In this document: positions 43,816 to 53,372 of the stretch, one piece after another
How the letters are laid out: the number at the start of each line of letters is the position of its first letter
Numbering within the stretch: the first letter of the stretch is position 1
From: Prevotella sp.
Lineage (GTDB): Bacteria > Bacteroidota > Bacteroidia > Bacteroidales > Bacteroidaceae
Assembly: GCA_015060555.1 (NCBI GenBank)
Contig: SUYG01000013.1
Coordinates: 9,174 to 73,173 of the forward strand
Length of the DNA stretch: 64,000 nt
Direction of reading: 5' to 3'
Notes under the pieces: model-generated
Database searches by the model: none
Seen by the model: only the letters and a program-made list of their open reading frames with translations
What the model was told of the DNA's origin: nothing
Made by a program: the position numbers and the translations under genes

Positions 43816-46191
43816 TTAGCCCAAAATGGTAAACTTCGCAAAACGAAGGAGCAACTGCTTGTTTCCGACATTGTCGAATGCTACAGTGGCTTTGGCATCA
43901 ATGCCAGTTCCAGAGAGCGCAGTAATGGTGCCTTGACCAAAGCGTATATGTTCAATGCGTGTTCCCACCTGAAGTGTTCCGGCAGCTGTCTGTGTCTGTG
44001 AGACAACTTGTTCTTGTGCTGCCGCAGGACGAGCGCCTACGAAAGACGTTCTGGCGCTGCTGAATGATGTCCGTGAACTTGTTGATGAAGATGGTGAACT
44101 TGTTGATGAACCACGTGTGGTGCTGTTCGTTGAAGCGTAAGACGTTTTTGTTCGCTGTGGTTGCGACCATTCGTCGTCGAACGACAATCTGGCGAAGCTA
44201 CGCGGACGTGGGGGCGCTGACGATTCATTTTCTTGCTTCACGAAACGCGCGTCGATGTCGTTCAGGAAACTGCTGGGAACACAGAACTCGCTCTTGCCAT
44301 AGCGATAACGGTTTTGTGCGTGTGTGAGAAAACAAAGTTCCTCGGCGCGTGTGATAGCCACGTAGAACAGGCGTCGTTCTTCTTCCATTTCGCGTGGCGA
44401 CGAAGACGCCATCTGATTTGGGAACAGGTTCTCTTCCATTCCTACGATAAACACAGCCTTGAATTCCAAGCCCTTAGCGGCGTGGATTGTCATCAGTGAC
44501 ACCTTTTCCGTCTGATCATCATCGCTTTCGTCGAGGTCGCTGATTAGTGCCACTTCCTGCAGATAGTGCGTCATAAAGATGCGGTCACTCCCCTCTTCCT
44601 CTCCCCTATCATCAACAAATTGTTGTATGCCGTCCATCAATTCCTGCAGGTTTTCTTGCCTTGAAATATCCTCTGGCTCGTGACCACTAAAGATGTCTTT
44701 CATGACGCCTGATTCTTGTGCAATACGCTTACCAAGGACAGCGGCATCATCTTGATTTACAACGCTTCTAAATCCTTCTATCAGTTGTACAAAAGCGTAA
44801 ATCTTAGCCTCTGTACCACGATTCAGCCCCACGTTATATGCTGCAGGATTCGAGAGCACCTGCCACACGCTGATGCCTTGTTCCGAAGCCGCTGTGAGCA
44901 CCTTCTGCACGGTCGTTTGTCCAATGCCGCGTACAGGATAGTTGATGACACGCTTGATAGCTTCCTCATCGTTGGGGTTCACCGCCAGCCTGAAGTAAGC
45001 AATCATGTCTTTAATCTCCTTACGTTGATAGAACGAGAGGCCCCCATAGATGCGGTACGGAATATCCTGCTTGCGGAAGGCTTCTTCGAAGGTACGGCTC
45101 TGGGCATTGGTGCGATAAAGGATGGCGATGTCATTCCATGGGATATGGTCGTAGTTGTTGAGGTTCAGCACCTTACGTGCAACGCCAGCAGCCTCTTCCA
45201 GGTCGCTGTAGAAACTGTAGATGTGGATGGGATCACCCTTGCTCTTCTCCGAATAGACCTCCTTGTAGATTTGTCCTCGGTTGTGTTTGATGACGCTGTT
45301 GGCAGCGGCAACGATGTTCTGTGTTGAACGGTAGTTGCGTTCCAGTTTGAAGAGCCGTGAACCTTGGTATAACTTTTGGAAGCTGAGGATGTTGTCGATG
45401 TTGGCTCCACGAAAGCTATAAATGCTCTGTGCATCGTCGCCGACCACGCAAACCTTCTGCTTGTGCTGTGTCAACTGCCACACGATGGCGTGTTGGGCGT
45501 AGTTCGTGTCCTGGTACTCATCCACGAGTACGAACTCGAAGCGGTCCTCGTATTTGGCAAGGATTTCAGGGTAATGTGCAAAGAGCAGATACGTATAAAG
45601 CAGGATGTCATCGAAGTCCAGGGCGTCAGCCTGTCGGCAGCGAGCCCAATAACGCCTGTAGATTTCTCCCGTAGCCGGAATCTTGCTGGCCTGGTCAGCT
45701 TTGTAGAGCTGCGGGTCGCTTTGGTACTGTGCAGGCAGTATCAATCGGTTCTTGGCAGATGAGATATGGCTGAGGACGTTACCAGGCTTATACACTTTCT
45801 CGTCGAGCTGCATCTCACGCACAATTGTCTTGATGAGACTTTTGCTGTCGGCAGCGTCGTAGATGGTGAAATCCGAACTGAACTTGATGGCCTCATGCTC
45901 CACGCGCAGGATTCGTGCAAAGATGCTGTGGAATGTTCCCATCCACAGCCGCTGTGCCTGCTCGCCTCCCACCTGCTGTGCAATGCGCTGCTTCATCTCA
46001 TCGGCAGCCTTGTTGGTGAAGGTCAGTGCAAGGATGCCCCATGGTGCCATCCCTTGGCTGAGCAGGTAGGCAATCTTATAGGTTAGCACACGCGTCTTTC
46101 CCGATCCCGCTCCTGCAATCACCAGCGACGGTCCGTCGAGATATTCCACCGCCTCACGCTGGGCCGGATTCAGTTCATCAAGATTTATCAT
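43816..46191 (-). CDS. ATP-dependent DNA helicase UvrD/PcrA family
   Basis: 791 aa. Motifs LNPAQREAV, AGAGSGKTRVL, VDEYQDTN, VGDDAQSIYSFRGA, IHAAKGLEF and YVAITRA. It has a Ser/Thr-rich linker and a C-terminal Tudor-like domain (VGTRIEHIRFGQGTI). Confidence 0.9.
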   Translation of the reverse strand: MINLDELNPAQREAVEYLDGPSLVIAGAGSGKTRVLTYKIAYLLSQGMAPWGILALTFTNKAADEMKQRIAQQVGGEQAQRLWMGTFHSIFARILRVEHEAIKFSSDFTIYDAADSKSLIKTIVREMQLDEKVYKPGNVLSHISSAKNRLILPAQYQSDPQLYKADQASKIPATGEIYRRYWARCRQADALDFDDILLYTYLLFAHYPEILAKYEDRFEFVLVDEYQDTNYAQHAIVWQLTQHKQKVCVVGDDAQSIYSFRGANIDNILSFQKLYQGSRLFKLERNYRSTQNIVAAANSVIKHNRGQIYKEVYSEKSKGDPIHIYSFYSDLEEAAGVARKVLNLNNYDHIPWNDIAILYRTNAQSRTFEEAFRKQDIPYRIYGGLSFYQRKEIKDMIAYFRLAVNPNDEEAIKRVINYPVRGIGQTTVQKVLTAASEQGISVWQVLSNPAAYNVGLNRGTEAKIYAFVQLIEGFRSVVNQDDAAVLGKRIAQESGVMKDIFSGHEPEDISRQENLQELMDGIQQFVDDRGEEEGSDRIFMTHYLQEVALISDLDESDDDQTEKVSLMTIHAAKGLEFKAVFIVGMEENLFPNQMASSSPREMEEERRLFYVAITRAEELCFLTHAQNRYRYGKSEFCVPSSFLNDIDARFVKQENESSAPPRPRSFARLSFDDEWSQPQRTKTSYASTNSTTRGSSTSSPSSSTSSRTSFSSARTSFVGARPAAAQEQVVSQTQTAAGTLQVGTRIEHIRFGQGTITALSGTGIDAKATVAFDNVGNKQLLLRFAKFTILG

Positions 46192-46230
46192 ATATGACTA
46201 TATATCGTTCAATACTCAACACCTACCCAC

Positions 46231-46953
46231 TTACTCATCATCTGCTTTCAGAGCGTCCAAATCGATGATACGCAGCTGCAGCGCTCTCACAACCAGACGT
46301 GTTGCGTTGACACCGCTGCGCTCGTTCTCTGGGAAGAGTCGGTTGACGAGATCCACCTGACGTTTCTCCAGGCTCTTGACGCCGAAGGGCATCCCTTTGA
46401 GGTTGGCTATCATGTCCTTGGTGTAGCCCAGGGCCAAATGCCGCAGGAAACGCTCGTCGTACTCGTCGATGTCAAAGTCGATGACGGCGTCAGTGCGGCG
46501 TGTCTCGTTGATCACGCTCTTCTTGAAGCGTGCCACAATCTTTTCCAGTATCGGTTCGTTGAAAACCAGGCGCTTGCCGCTCATCACCTGTCGCACATCG
46601 TTGCGTGTGAGCAGTTCGCCCGTCTTCAGGATGATGCCGTCGGCCCCTGCCGTCAGCACATCTACCCACAGGCGTTCGTTGAGAATCTCGCCGGTGAAGA
46701 TCAACACCTTCACATCGGGATATCGAGTGTGCACCTGCCGGCAGATGTCCACGCCCACCGTTGTGGAACCGCCCAGTCCCAAATCCAGGAGCAACAGGTC
46801 TGGCAGCTGCTGCCGCATCAGCGACCACAGCTCGCTCTCGTTCATGGCAGTCCCAAGGATTTCGGCTTCAGGGATATCCGATCGAAAGATTTCCTCAGTG
46901 CCCTTGAGCTCTAACTTCACGTCTTCTACAATAATGACTTTAAACGGTTCCAT
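46231..46953 (-). CDS. response regulator (receiver domain plus divergent C-terminal helix-turn-helix-like domain)
   Basis: 240 aa. Receiver motifs VIIVED, LLLLDLGL (phospho-Asp) and KVLIFTG. The C-terminal ~90 aa is only weakly LuxR/GerE-like. Confidence 0.75.
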   Translation of the reverse strand: MEPFKVIIVEDVKLELKGTEEIFRSDIPEAEILGTAMNESELWSLMRQQLPDLLLLDLGLGGSTTVGVDICRQVHTRYPDVKVLIFTGEILNERLWVDVLTAGADGIILKTGELLTRNDVRQVMSGKRLVFNEPILEKIVARFKKSVINETRRTDAVIDFDIDEYDERFLRHLALGYTKDMIANLKGMPFGVKSLEKRQVDLVNRLFPENERSGVNATRLVVRALQLRIIDLDALKADDE

Positions 46954-46999
46954 ATATTGTTAATATCAATTTACTATTTATAGAATTACAATTTATGTA

Positions 47000-49900
47000 C
47001 TATTTTATTTTTGGGCTACTTGTGTTGCTACTCCCCTCGCCCTTTGGAGTGGAGCCGGGTGTGGGGCTTACCACCAGTGGCAGTGTGAACCACAAAGCGT
47101 GCCCCTCGTCGAGTGCTTCGGCTGCGATGCGACAGCCAGGATGTCCCAGGAACGTGTCATGTTCGCGTATAATCTGCTTGGCCACGAGGAGTGGGATGGC
47201 TTGTTCATGAGGCATAAACAGTTCCTGCAGCGCCTCTGGTGTGAGCGTCAGGAACGGGTTGCTGAGCGTGAAGCGTGCAAAGGAGCCGTCGATGGCTGCC
47301 GTCAGCTGCAGGGGCAGGTGTTCCAGCGTACCACTCCCCTGCCCTTTCGTCAAGGAGATTTCAGCTTCCAGGAGCATCTCTATCAGCATCTGCAGCAGGT
47401 CGGGGTCGCCTCGGAACTGATTTGTTCCCAGACGGTTGTCTATTTCCAACATTGTGTCCACCTGTGCCTTTCGGGCTATGACCTGGCAGCGTTGGGGCAG
47501 TGCTGCCATGAAATCCTCGGGGGCAATGTTGCGACGACGGAAGTTGAGTGCTTCCGACTGGCGTACAGCCTGCTCGCTCAAGAGCGAATGAACCTCCTTG
47601 TAGTAATCCACCGTCTCGCTGAGCGTGTCCAGCAGCGAGGGTGTTGCCGTCGTATCGTCAGACAGGCGTACTGCCAGCTGCTGAATGCGGCCCGGATAGT
47701 ACATCGTCTCATGCTTGATGGTGGAGAGACAGTTGTCGATAATCTGGTTCTGCACATGCAGGCGTTCCTCCTCGTAGAGGCGCCTGTTGTGCTCATCCTC
47801 AGCCAGTTCGATGTCCGCCTCGCGTTGCAGGCGTTCAGCCTCCTTGACTTGTTGCAGTTGTTGTAGCTGCTGTTCGTTGAGGTTCTTCATTGCCTTACGG
47901 AACTTCGTGCGAGGTCGCAGCCACAGGAAATAGAACGACAGCAGGCTCGTCAGAATCAACATCACCAGCATCACCAGTCCAATGCGGTCCCGTTCATGAT
48001 CGCGGTCGGACTGTTCGCAGAAGGCTTCGAGCGTCGGGTCTTGGTTCGTCAGTTTATAGAGTCTGGTGTAGGTGCGATTGTTGAAGCGGTACAGCGGCCA
48101 GTCGTGCAGTGCCAGTGCTGCTACTGCGATTTCATTGCGCAGTCCCAGCAGCAGCGAGTAGTCCATCGGTTCCTGGCGTTGCCACCAGAGAATCTCCAAC
48201 GGCTCCAGTCCCGTATCGGACAGCGACAGACGCTCGTGTGTGTTGCGATGGTGTGTTACGTGGTTGCGGCTGATGACCTTGAAAGCGCTGTCTGCGTAGG
48301 CGATAGCGTCAGCATAGCGACCGCTCACATTACATTCATAGACGGAGTCTGCGAGGGCATAGACCTGTGACGTCTGGCGCGAGTTGTCGTGCGCAGCCTT
48401 CGTCTGTGCCGCCATGTTCTCGGGCAGCGACCACAGGAGCAAAACCATGAGCACTGCTTCCACCACTCGCGGCAGTCGGAACCAGAATCGGCTCCCCTCT
48501 CCTATGCTGCTGTCGATGCCCATCTGGCATACGCGGAACAGCGGATTCGTCTTGCGGTATTTCTCTATGATGCCCTTGCAGTTCATCAGCCCGAATCCGA
48601 ATCCCTTCTCGCTCTTCTCTTCTTCGCCAATCTTGGAGGCATCATAAACCTTGTGTGTCAGAATGAGTTCGATGTCCTCTTCCGTGAGGCCTACGCCCGT
48701 GTCCTGCACGGAGAGTTCCACGAAGGCAGCGCCGTCCTCCTCGTCGGCCATTGCGCTGATGCTGACGGTGCCGCCCTCGGGCGTGAACTTGCGTGCGTTG
48801 TCCGCCAGCGTGTTCAGCATGAACAGCGTCAGAGCGCGATCGGCCTTGACGCAGAGTTCCGTGGGTTCTATGCAGAGTTCCAGCCCTTTCTGCTCATAGG
48901 CAAAATGGCTCTTTGAGAGGCTGTCGAAGAGCGGCTGCAGGGAGAACGACGAGATGTGCAAGCTCAGCTGCCCCTGCTCCATCTGAATCCAGTCTGTCAG
49001 CAAGTCGTTGTAGCGGGTGATCTGGTCTGTGAGCTCTCCGATATATGTCAGTGAGGCTGTGTCGGGTGTGGCGTGTTTCTTCATGCGCTGCACCTCATGG
49101 ATAATGCGGTCGAGGAAGGGGACAATGCCCATCACCAACTGCAGTTTGGCACGTTTTTCCACATTCAGACGTTTGTCGCGCAACAGGCGTAGCTCCGTGG
49201 CAGCCTGCTGTTCCTGCAGCGTCTCCTGCGCCTCCATCTGTTGCTGCTGCAGGGCGTCGGCCGTCGTCTGTATCTCATGCAGCCGTTGCTGCAGCTGGCG
49301 TTCGTCTGAGACACGACGGCGGCGCCATGTGCGAGCCAGGAGATAGACCAGCAGACATGTGAAAACTGCCATCGTCACGATGATGATGAGCATCAGCCGC
49401 TGACGGTCGCTGCGTATTTTCAGCTGTTCCACGCGGCTCTCCAGTTCAGCATCCTCGCGCGTGTCTGCCAGCAAGTCCAGATAGGCGTTGCGGTTGAAGT
49501 CGCTTTCGGCCTTCATGTCGAGGGCGCTGTAGGCCACGGACATCTGTTCGCGGATGTTGGCAATCCACATCGGCACCGTCTTCTGATGGGTGTTCATCTG
49601 CCAGTCCACGCACTCCAGTGCGCAGTCGAAATAGCTGATGGCCTCAGGATAGTTGCCTGCGGCAAAAGACAGCTCCCCCAGCGTGCGCAGGGCATTGGCC
49701 TTTTGGTACAGGTCGTCGTAGCTCACGAAAGTCGTCAATGCCGCCTCTGCCATCTGCATCGCAGGGTTCTCCGTGCCGAAACTCGTCTCCAGCACGTGCA
49801 CAACCTCGGGCTGTCGTTTCCTGACAATCTCCAGGCGTGCAGAGTCCGCGAAGAGCGTGGCCAGCGATTGCTCGGCGTTGGCCTCGAAGAAGAGGTAGCC

Positions 49901-50617
49901 GTCGCGACGCGACACCCAGAAGCACTGCAGCAGGTAGTCAAACTCCTCGCTGGCCACGGCAACGGGGTCATGCTGACGGCTGAGTCCGCCTGAGCCTCGC
50001 ATATAACTGTAGTAGAGCCACTGTGCCGTGTCGCTGGCCAGCAGGCAGAAGGGCTCGGCGGCGTCGATCTCCTCGATGGCGCGTTCCTGTTGGTCGAGGT
50101 AGTAGAAATAGGTGGAAGCGACGATGTGCATGTCACCGCTGCCGTACTCCAGACGGCGACGCCGGTGTGGCGACAGCTTGCGTTTGCGCGACGTGAATTT
50201 GGAGAGATACTGCTGGGCTTGCGTTCGATGGCGGAAGAAGGCGAGGTTGTCGCTGGTGCGCTGTGCCACGCGCATCTGTGTCACGTCAGCCACCAAACGC
50301 TCGATGGGGTCTGACGTCAGCGCTTCCACCTGCAGTGTCAGTTGCAGCGTGCTGTCGAAGTCCATCTTTTGCAGGCGCTCAAACGACAAGTGGTTCAGCG
50401 CCTCGGCTTCACCTTCGACGTAGCTGATGCGGCGTGCCTCCTCCAAGGCCAGCGTAGCCCATTTCCTCACGGAGTCCACCTGTCTGTAGTGCCAGCGATA
50501 GGCAATCTCGTTCAGGGAATCTACGCGCTGCTCGGCGACACCCGTAGATGCCTTACGTCCCGTGCAGCTCACGAACAGAGCTGCGCAGGCGAGAACCCAG
50601 AGGTGTGCTGCTTTCAA
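47000..50617 (-). CDS. tandem (double) sensor histidine kinase with lipoprotein signal and TPR-like sensor region
   Basis: 1205 aa with signal LACAALFVSC. Module 1 has a TM segment, a coiled coil, the H-box-like IIHEVQRM, and a canonical ATPase core (LNTLADNARKF, DTGVGL, GFGFGL). Module 2 has two more TM segments, a coiled coil, the second H-box-like STIKHETMYYP, and a degenerate C-terminal ATPase-like domain without G-boxes. This resembles the Bacteroidales DUF5112/DUF5113 kinases as I recall them. Confidence 0.75.
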   Translation of the reverse strand: MKAAHLWVLACAALFVSCTGRKASTGVAEQRVDSLNEIAYRWHYRQVDSVRKWATLALEEARRISYVEGEAEALNHLSFERLQKMDFDSTLQLTLQVEALTSDPIERLVADVTQMRVAQRTSDNLAFFRHRTQAQQYLSKFTSRKRKLSPHRRRRLEYGSGDMHIVASTYFYYLDQQERAIEEIDAAEPFCLLASDTAQWLYYSYMRGSGGLSRQHDPVAVASEEFDYLLQCFWVSRRDGYLFFEANAEQSLATLFADSARLEIVRKRQPEVVHVLETSFGTENPAMQMAEAALTTFVSYDDLYQKANALRTLGELSFAAGNYPEAISYFDCALECVDWQMNTHQKTVPMWIANIREQMSVAYSALDMKAESDFNRNAYLDLLADTREDAELESRVEQLKIRSDRQRLMLIIIVTMAVFTCLLVYLLARTWRRRRVSDERQLQQRLHEIQTTADALQQQQMEAQETLQEQQAATELRLLRDKRLNVEKRAKLQLVMGIVPFLDRIIHEVQRMKKHATPDTASLTYIGELTDQITRYNDLLTDWIQMEQGQLSLHISSFSLQPLFDSLSKSHFAYEQKGLELCIEPTELCVKADRALTLFMLNTLADNARKFTPEGGTVSISAMADEEDGAAFVELSVQDTGVGLTEEDIELILTHKVYDASKIGEEEKSEKGFGFGLMNCKGIIEKYRKTNPLFRVCQMGIDSSIGEGSRFWFRLPRVVEAVLMVLLLWSLPENMAAQTKAAHDNSRQTSQVYALADSVYECNVSGRYADAIAYADSAFKVISRNHVTHHRNTHERLSLSDTGLEPLEILWWQRQEPMDYSLLLGLRNEIAVAALALHDWPLYRFNNRTYTRLYKLTNQDPTLEAFCEQSDRDHERDRIGLVMLVMLILTSLLSFYFLWLRPRTKFRKAMKNLNEQQLQQLQQVKEAERLQREADIELAEDEHNRRLYEEERLHVQNQIIDNCLSTIKHETMYYPGRIQQLAVRLSDDTTATPSLLDTLSETVDYYKEVHSLLSEQAVRQSEALNFRRRNIAPEDFMAALPQRCQVIARKAQVDTMLEIDNRLGTNQFRGDPDLLQMLIEMLLEAEISLTKGQGSGTLEHLPLQLTAAIDGSFARFTLSNPFLTLTPEALQELFMPHEQAIPLLVAKQIIREHDTFLGHPGCRIAAEALDEGHALWFTLPLVVSPTPGSTPKGEGSSNTSSPKIK

Positions 50618-51846
50618 CTCTTCTTTTTCTTCAGGATTCTGTCGATTTCGTCGAACTCCTTACCCATGTTCAGGTGCAGGTAGATGCGATAAAGCGCAGG
50701 TGCCCAGCGCTCCTGGTCGTCGGGTGTCAGCTTTCGAACCTGCTCCATCGGCTGTCGTGCCAGCTGATAGAGTTTGCGTAGGGTGGCCTGGTCTTTGCGG
50801 AACTGCGGATTCTTCAGGTCTGTGCAGGCTGTATCGGCGAAAGCCGTTGCGATGTTCAGCGCTGCTATACCTTTATTATAATATGCGTTCACGTGATCGG
50901 GTGCCAGCGCCAGACACGAGTCGCAGGCGCTGATGGCCTCGCTGTCGCGATGCAGCTTCAGGAGCATCAGGCTCTTGGCATACCAGAAGAGCGCCACCGT
51001 GTCTGCCACGTGTGTCATGGAGTCGGCCAGCGCGAGTCCCTCTTCCCACTGTGATGTCCGCGTGTAGTAGTTGAGCAGATGTGTGAAGAAGAACTGGTTG
51101 TTGGCGTAGGAGCGTATGCCCTCGTGCAAGGCATCCAGCCATCGTGCCGTGTCGCCCTTGTTCTCCCATGCCCTCGCCACATATTCCTGCACGAGGTCGC
51201 TGCGCTGCCCTGCACGTTTGGCCAGTTCGGCATGTTTGAGAACACCGTTGATGTTCCCCTCCTTCTGTGCTGAGAAGACAGCCAGATAGGATGTCATCGG
51301 CACCTGCACGTCCTTCTCCAGCAGCGAGTCCTGCGCGAAGATGGGGTGTCCGGCGGTAGCAAGGTAAGCATCGAAGTAGTCGTAGGCTTTTTGTGTCTGT
51401 CCGTGCTGATAGTACCACTTGCCGCCCGTGAGCAGGTTGCTGCGGTAGGGGGCCAGCATCTCGCGGTAGCGGCGACGTCCGGAAAGGTCCACCTTCCCTT
51501 TTTCGTTGGGCTGTGCGCCCACGCTGTCCGCCATGGTCACGAGCGTGAAGATGTCGCGTATGGAACTGAAGAAGACCACCGTGTCATACGGCTTCTTCAG
51601 ATACAGTTTCACGTTCTCCGCTTCGTTCACGGCCTCGCTGCACTGTGCAGCCAGCAGGAGGCACTCGACACGTTTTTTGTGTCGAGTCTCCGGCTTGGCA
51701 GCTTCGGCGAGCAGGCTCTGGCGCCACTTCTCAAGTTGCTCGCGTTTCTGCGGCCTCTTGAGTCCGTCCTTGACGGTGCGTGTGATTTTCTCCGCCAGAA
51801 CAGGCGTGCTCAGCACGATAAAAACTATGAATAGGATTTTTTTCAT
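50614..51846 (-). CDS. secreted TPR-like protein (paralog of the upstream TPR gene)
   Basis: 410 aa with signal MKKILFIVFIVLSTPVLA. It is helical-repeat rich. Both start and stop overlap the neighbouring genes by 4 nt. Confidence 0.7.
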   Translation of the reverse strand: MKKILFIVFIVLSTPVLAEKITRTVKDGLKRPQKREQLEKWRQSLLAEAAKPETRHKKRVECLLLAAQCSEAVNEAENVKLYLKKPYDTVVFFSSIRDIFTLVTMADSVGAQPNEKGKVDLSGRRRYREMLAPYRSNLLTGGKWYYQHGQTQKAYDYFDAYLATAGHPIFAQDSLLEKDVQVPMTSYLAVFSAQKEGNINGVLKHAELAKRAGQRSDLVQEYVARAWENKGDTARWLDALHEGIRSYANNQFFFTHLLNYYTRTSQWEEGLALADSMTHVADTVALFWYAKSLMLLKLHRDSEAISACDSCLALAPDHVNAYYNKGIAALNIATAFADTACTDLKNPQFRKDQATLRKLYQLARQPMEQVRKLTPDDQERWAPALYRIYLHLNMGKEFDEIDRILKKKKS

Positions 51847-53120
51847 TCAAGCAGTTTGTCCATTTCCGCCTGCTTAGCTTTGTTGCCTATGATGTAATAG
51901 ACGGTGGAGAGGCGGCCTGCCCACTTGTGAGGATTGTCGGGCTCCAGTTCCTTGACCTTCAGGAAGTAAGGCTCAGCCTTGGCATAGGCAGCCTTCACGG
52001 GCTTCACGGCCTCCTTGAACTGGGCGTCGGTCATCTTCTTGCCGCTGAGGGCTTCGTTGATGTCGTAGCCATGGTTGCTCCAGCATACGCCAGCGTTGAA
52101 GTAGGCATCAGAGTATTCGGGATCGGTCTCGATGGCCTTGTCAAAGAAGACCACGGCCTCCTCGTACTTCTTGTCGTTCATCAGCACCAGACCCTTGGCA
52201 TAGTTGCCCAGCTTGCTGTTGGGGTCGGCAGCGATGATGTCGTCGGCGAAGGACTGTGCCTCGGCGCTCTTGTCTTTGTTGAAGTAGTAAGCCATCATGT
52301 TCTGTGCCACGCCCTCGTTGGAGGAGGGGTCTTCGAGCACAATTTCGCGGCCCACCTTCAGCCACTGCACGGTGTCGCCTGATTCATACAGAGCAGCCAG
52401 ATAGAGCTGGTTCACCTGGCTCTTCTCCTGAGTGTATTCACGGGCCTTTGGGATGAACTCGTTGAAGGCCTTGTAGTCCTTGGCGAAGTAGGCGCAGAGG
52501 CAGGTGAAGTAGGCTATCTGCGGTGTCATCTCGTCGTTGGCCAGCGTCTCTGCGTCGGCACCGAGGATGGTGTAGGTCTGGGGGTAGCTCATCCAGCGGC
52601 GGAAGGCATCGAGGGCCTTGGCGTGCTGACCGTTCTGGAAGAACATCTGACCGCAGAAGGCGATGTATTGGCGGAAGCGGATGACATCAATCTTGTTGAT
52701 GTTCGTGTAGGGGTCTTTGTCGCCCTTCAGGCCCAGGGCCTGCGTTGCCTTGTAGCACTCCTCCATGGCATCCAGAGCCTTGTAGATGTACTCTGCGAGG
52801 GCTGCAGTGTCCGTGGGCTGCTTCTGGATGACATTGTCAAGCAGCGGGGCGAACTTGAACTTATAGAGCTGTGCCTGGATATCCCATGCATTGGCCAGTT
52901 CCTTCTTCGTCTCGGGGCTGGTGAAGGTGGGCTGCAGCATGTCCAGACATTCCTGCATCTTCTGGTTCATCTGTGCCGTTTCCTTCTCTGTGCGCTCGTG
53001 GTTGGCCACGAGATTCTGGACTTCATCTTTCAGGTCGCGAGCCTTGCGCACGACTTTGTCCTGTGCAACAGCCGTTCCGGCTACTGCGAACAATGCTACT
53101 GCAAATAAGATTTTTTTCAT
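51843..53120 (-). CDS. secreted tetratricopeptide repeat protein (TprA-like, gyrA-adjacent)
   Basis: 425 aa with signal MKKILFAVALFAVAGTAVAQ. TPR-like repeats include YEEAVVFFDKAIETDPEYSDAYFNAG. A TPR protein next to gyrA is a recurring Bacteroidales arrangement, as I recall it. Confidence 0.75.
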   Translation of the reverse strand: MKKILFAVALFAVAGTAVAQDKVVRKARDLKDEVQNLVANHERTEKETAQMNQKMQECLDMLQPTFTSPETKKELANAWDIQAQLYKFKFAPLLDNVIQKQPTDTAALAEYIYKALDAMEECYKATQALGLKGDKDPYTNINKIDVIRFRQYIAFCGQMFFQNGQHAKALDAFRRWMSYPQTYTILGADAETLANDEMTPQIAYFTCLCAYFAKDYKAFNEFIPKAREYTQEKSQVNQLYLAALYESGDTVQWLKVGREIVLEDPSSNEGVAQNMMAYYFNKDKSAEAQSFADDIIAADPNSKLGNYAKGLVLMNDKKYEEAVVFFDKAIETDPEYSDAYFNAGVCWSNHGYDINEALSGKKMTDAQFKEAVKPVKAAYAKAEPYFLKVKELEPDNPHKWAGRLSTVYYIIGNKAKQAEMDKLLE

Positions 53121-53180
53121 TAGTTTATTAAGTTAGGTAATCAAATTGTTAGACAAATGGATTATTGATTGGTTTAAATA

Positions 53181-53365
53181 CCACAGATTACACAGATTCA
53201 ACAGATTCATGTTCTCTTGTAATCAAATTTTTATCTGATATTTCACGGATTCCTGAGCGAAAGGCTTCGCAGCTTTCGAATGCCAGCGCCGATATCATCT
53301 GCGAAATTTTCAAGTTAATTGAATTCTATAGGACTTATAATCAGTGTAATCTGTGAAATCTGTGG
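53181..53365. repeat. inverted repeat built from CACAGATT units, flanking a ~130-nt spacer in the gyrA 3' region
   Basis: Left arm: CCACAGATTACACAGATTCAACAGATT (53181-53207). The reverse complement of the right arm (53339-53365) is CCACAGATTTCACAGATTACACTGATT. The right arm ends 8 nt from the gyrA stop. Confidence 0.8.
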
Positions 53366-53372
53366 TTTACTT

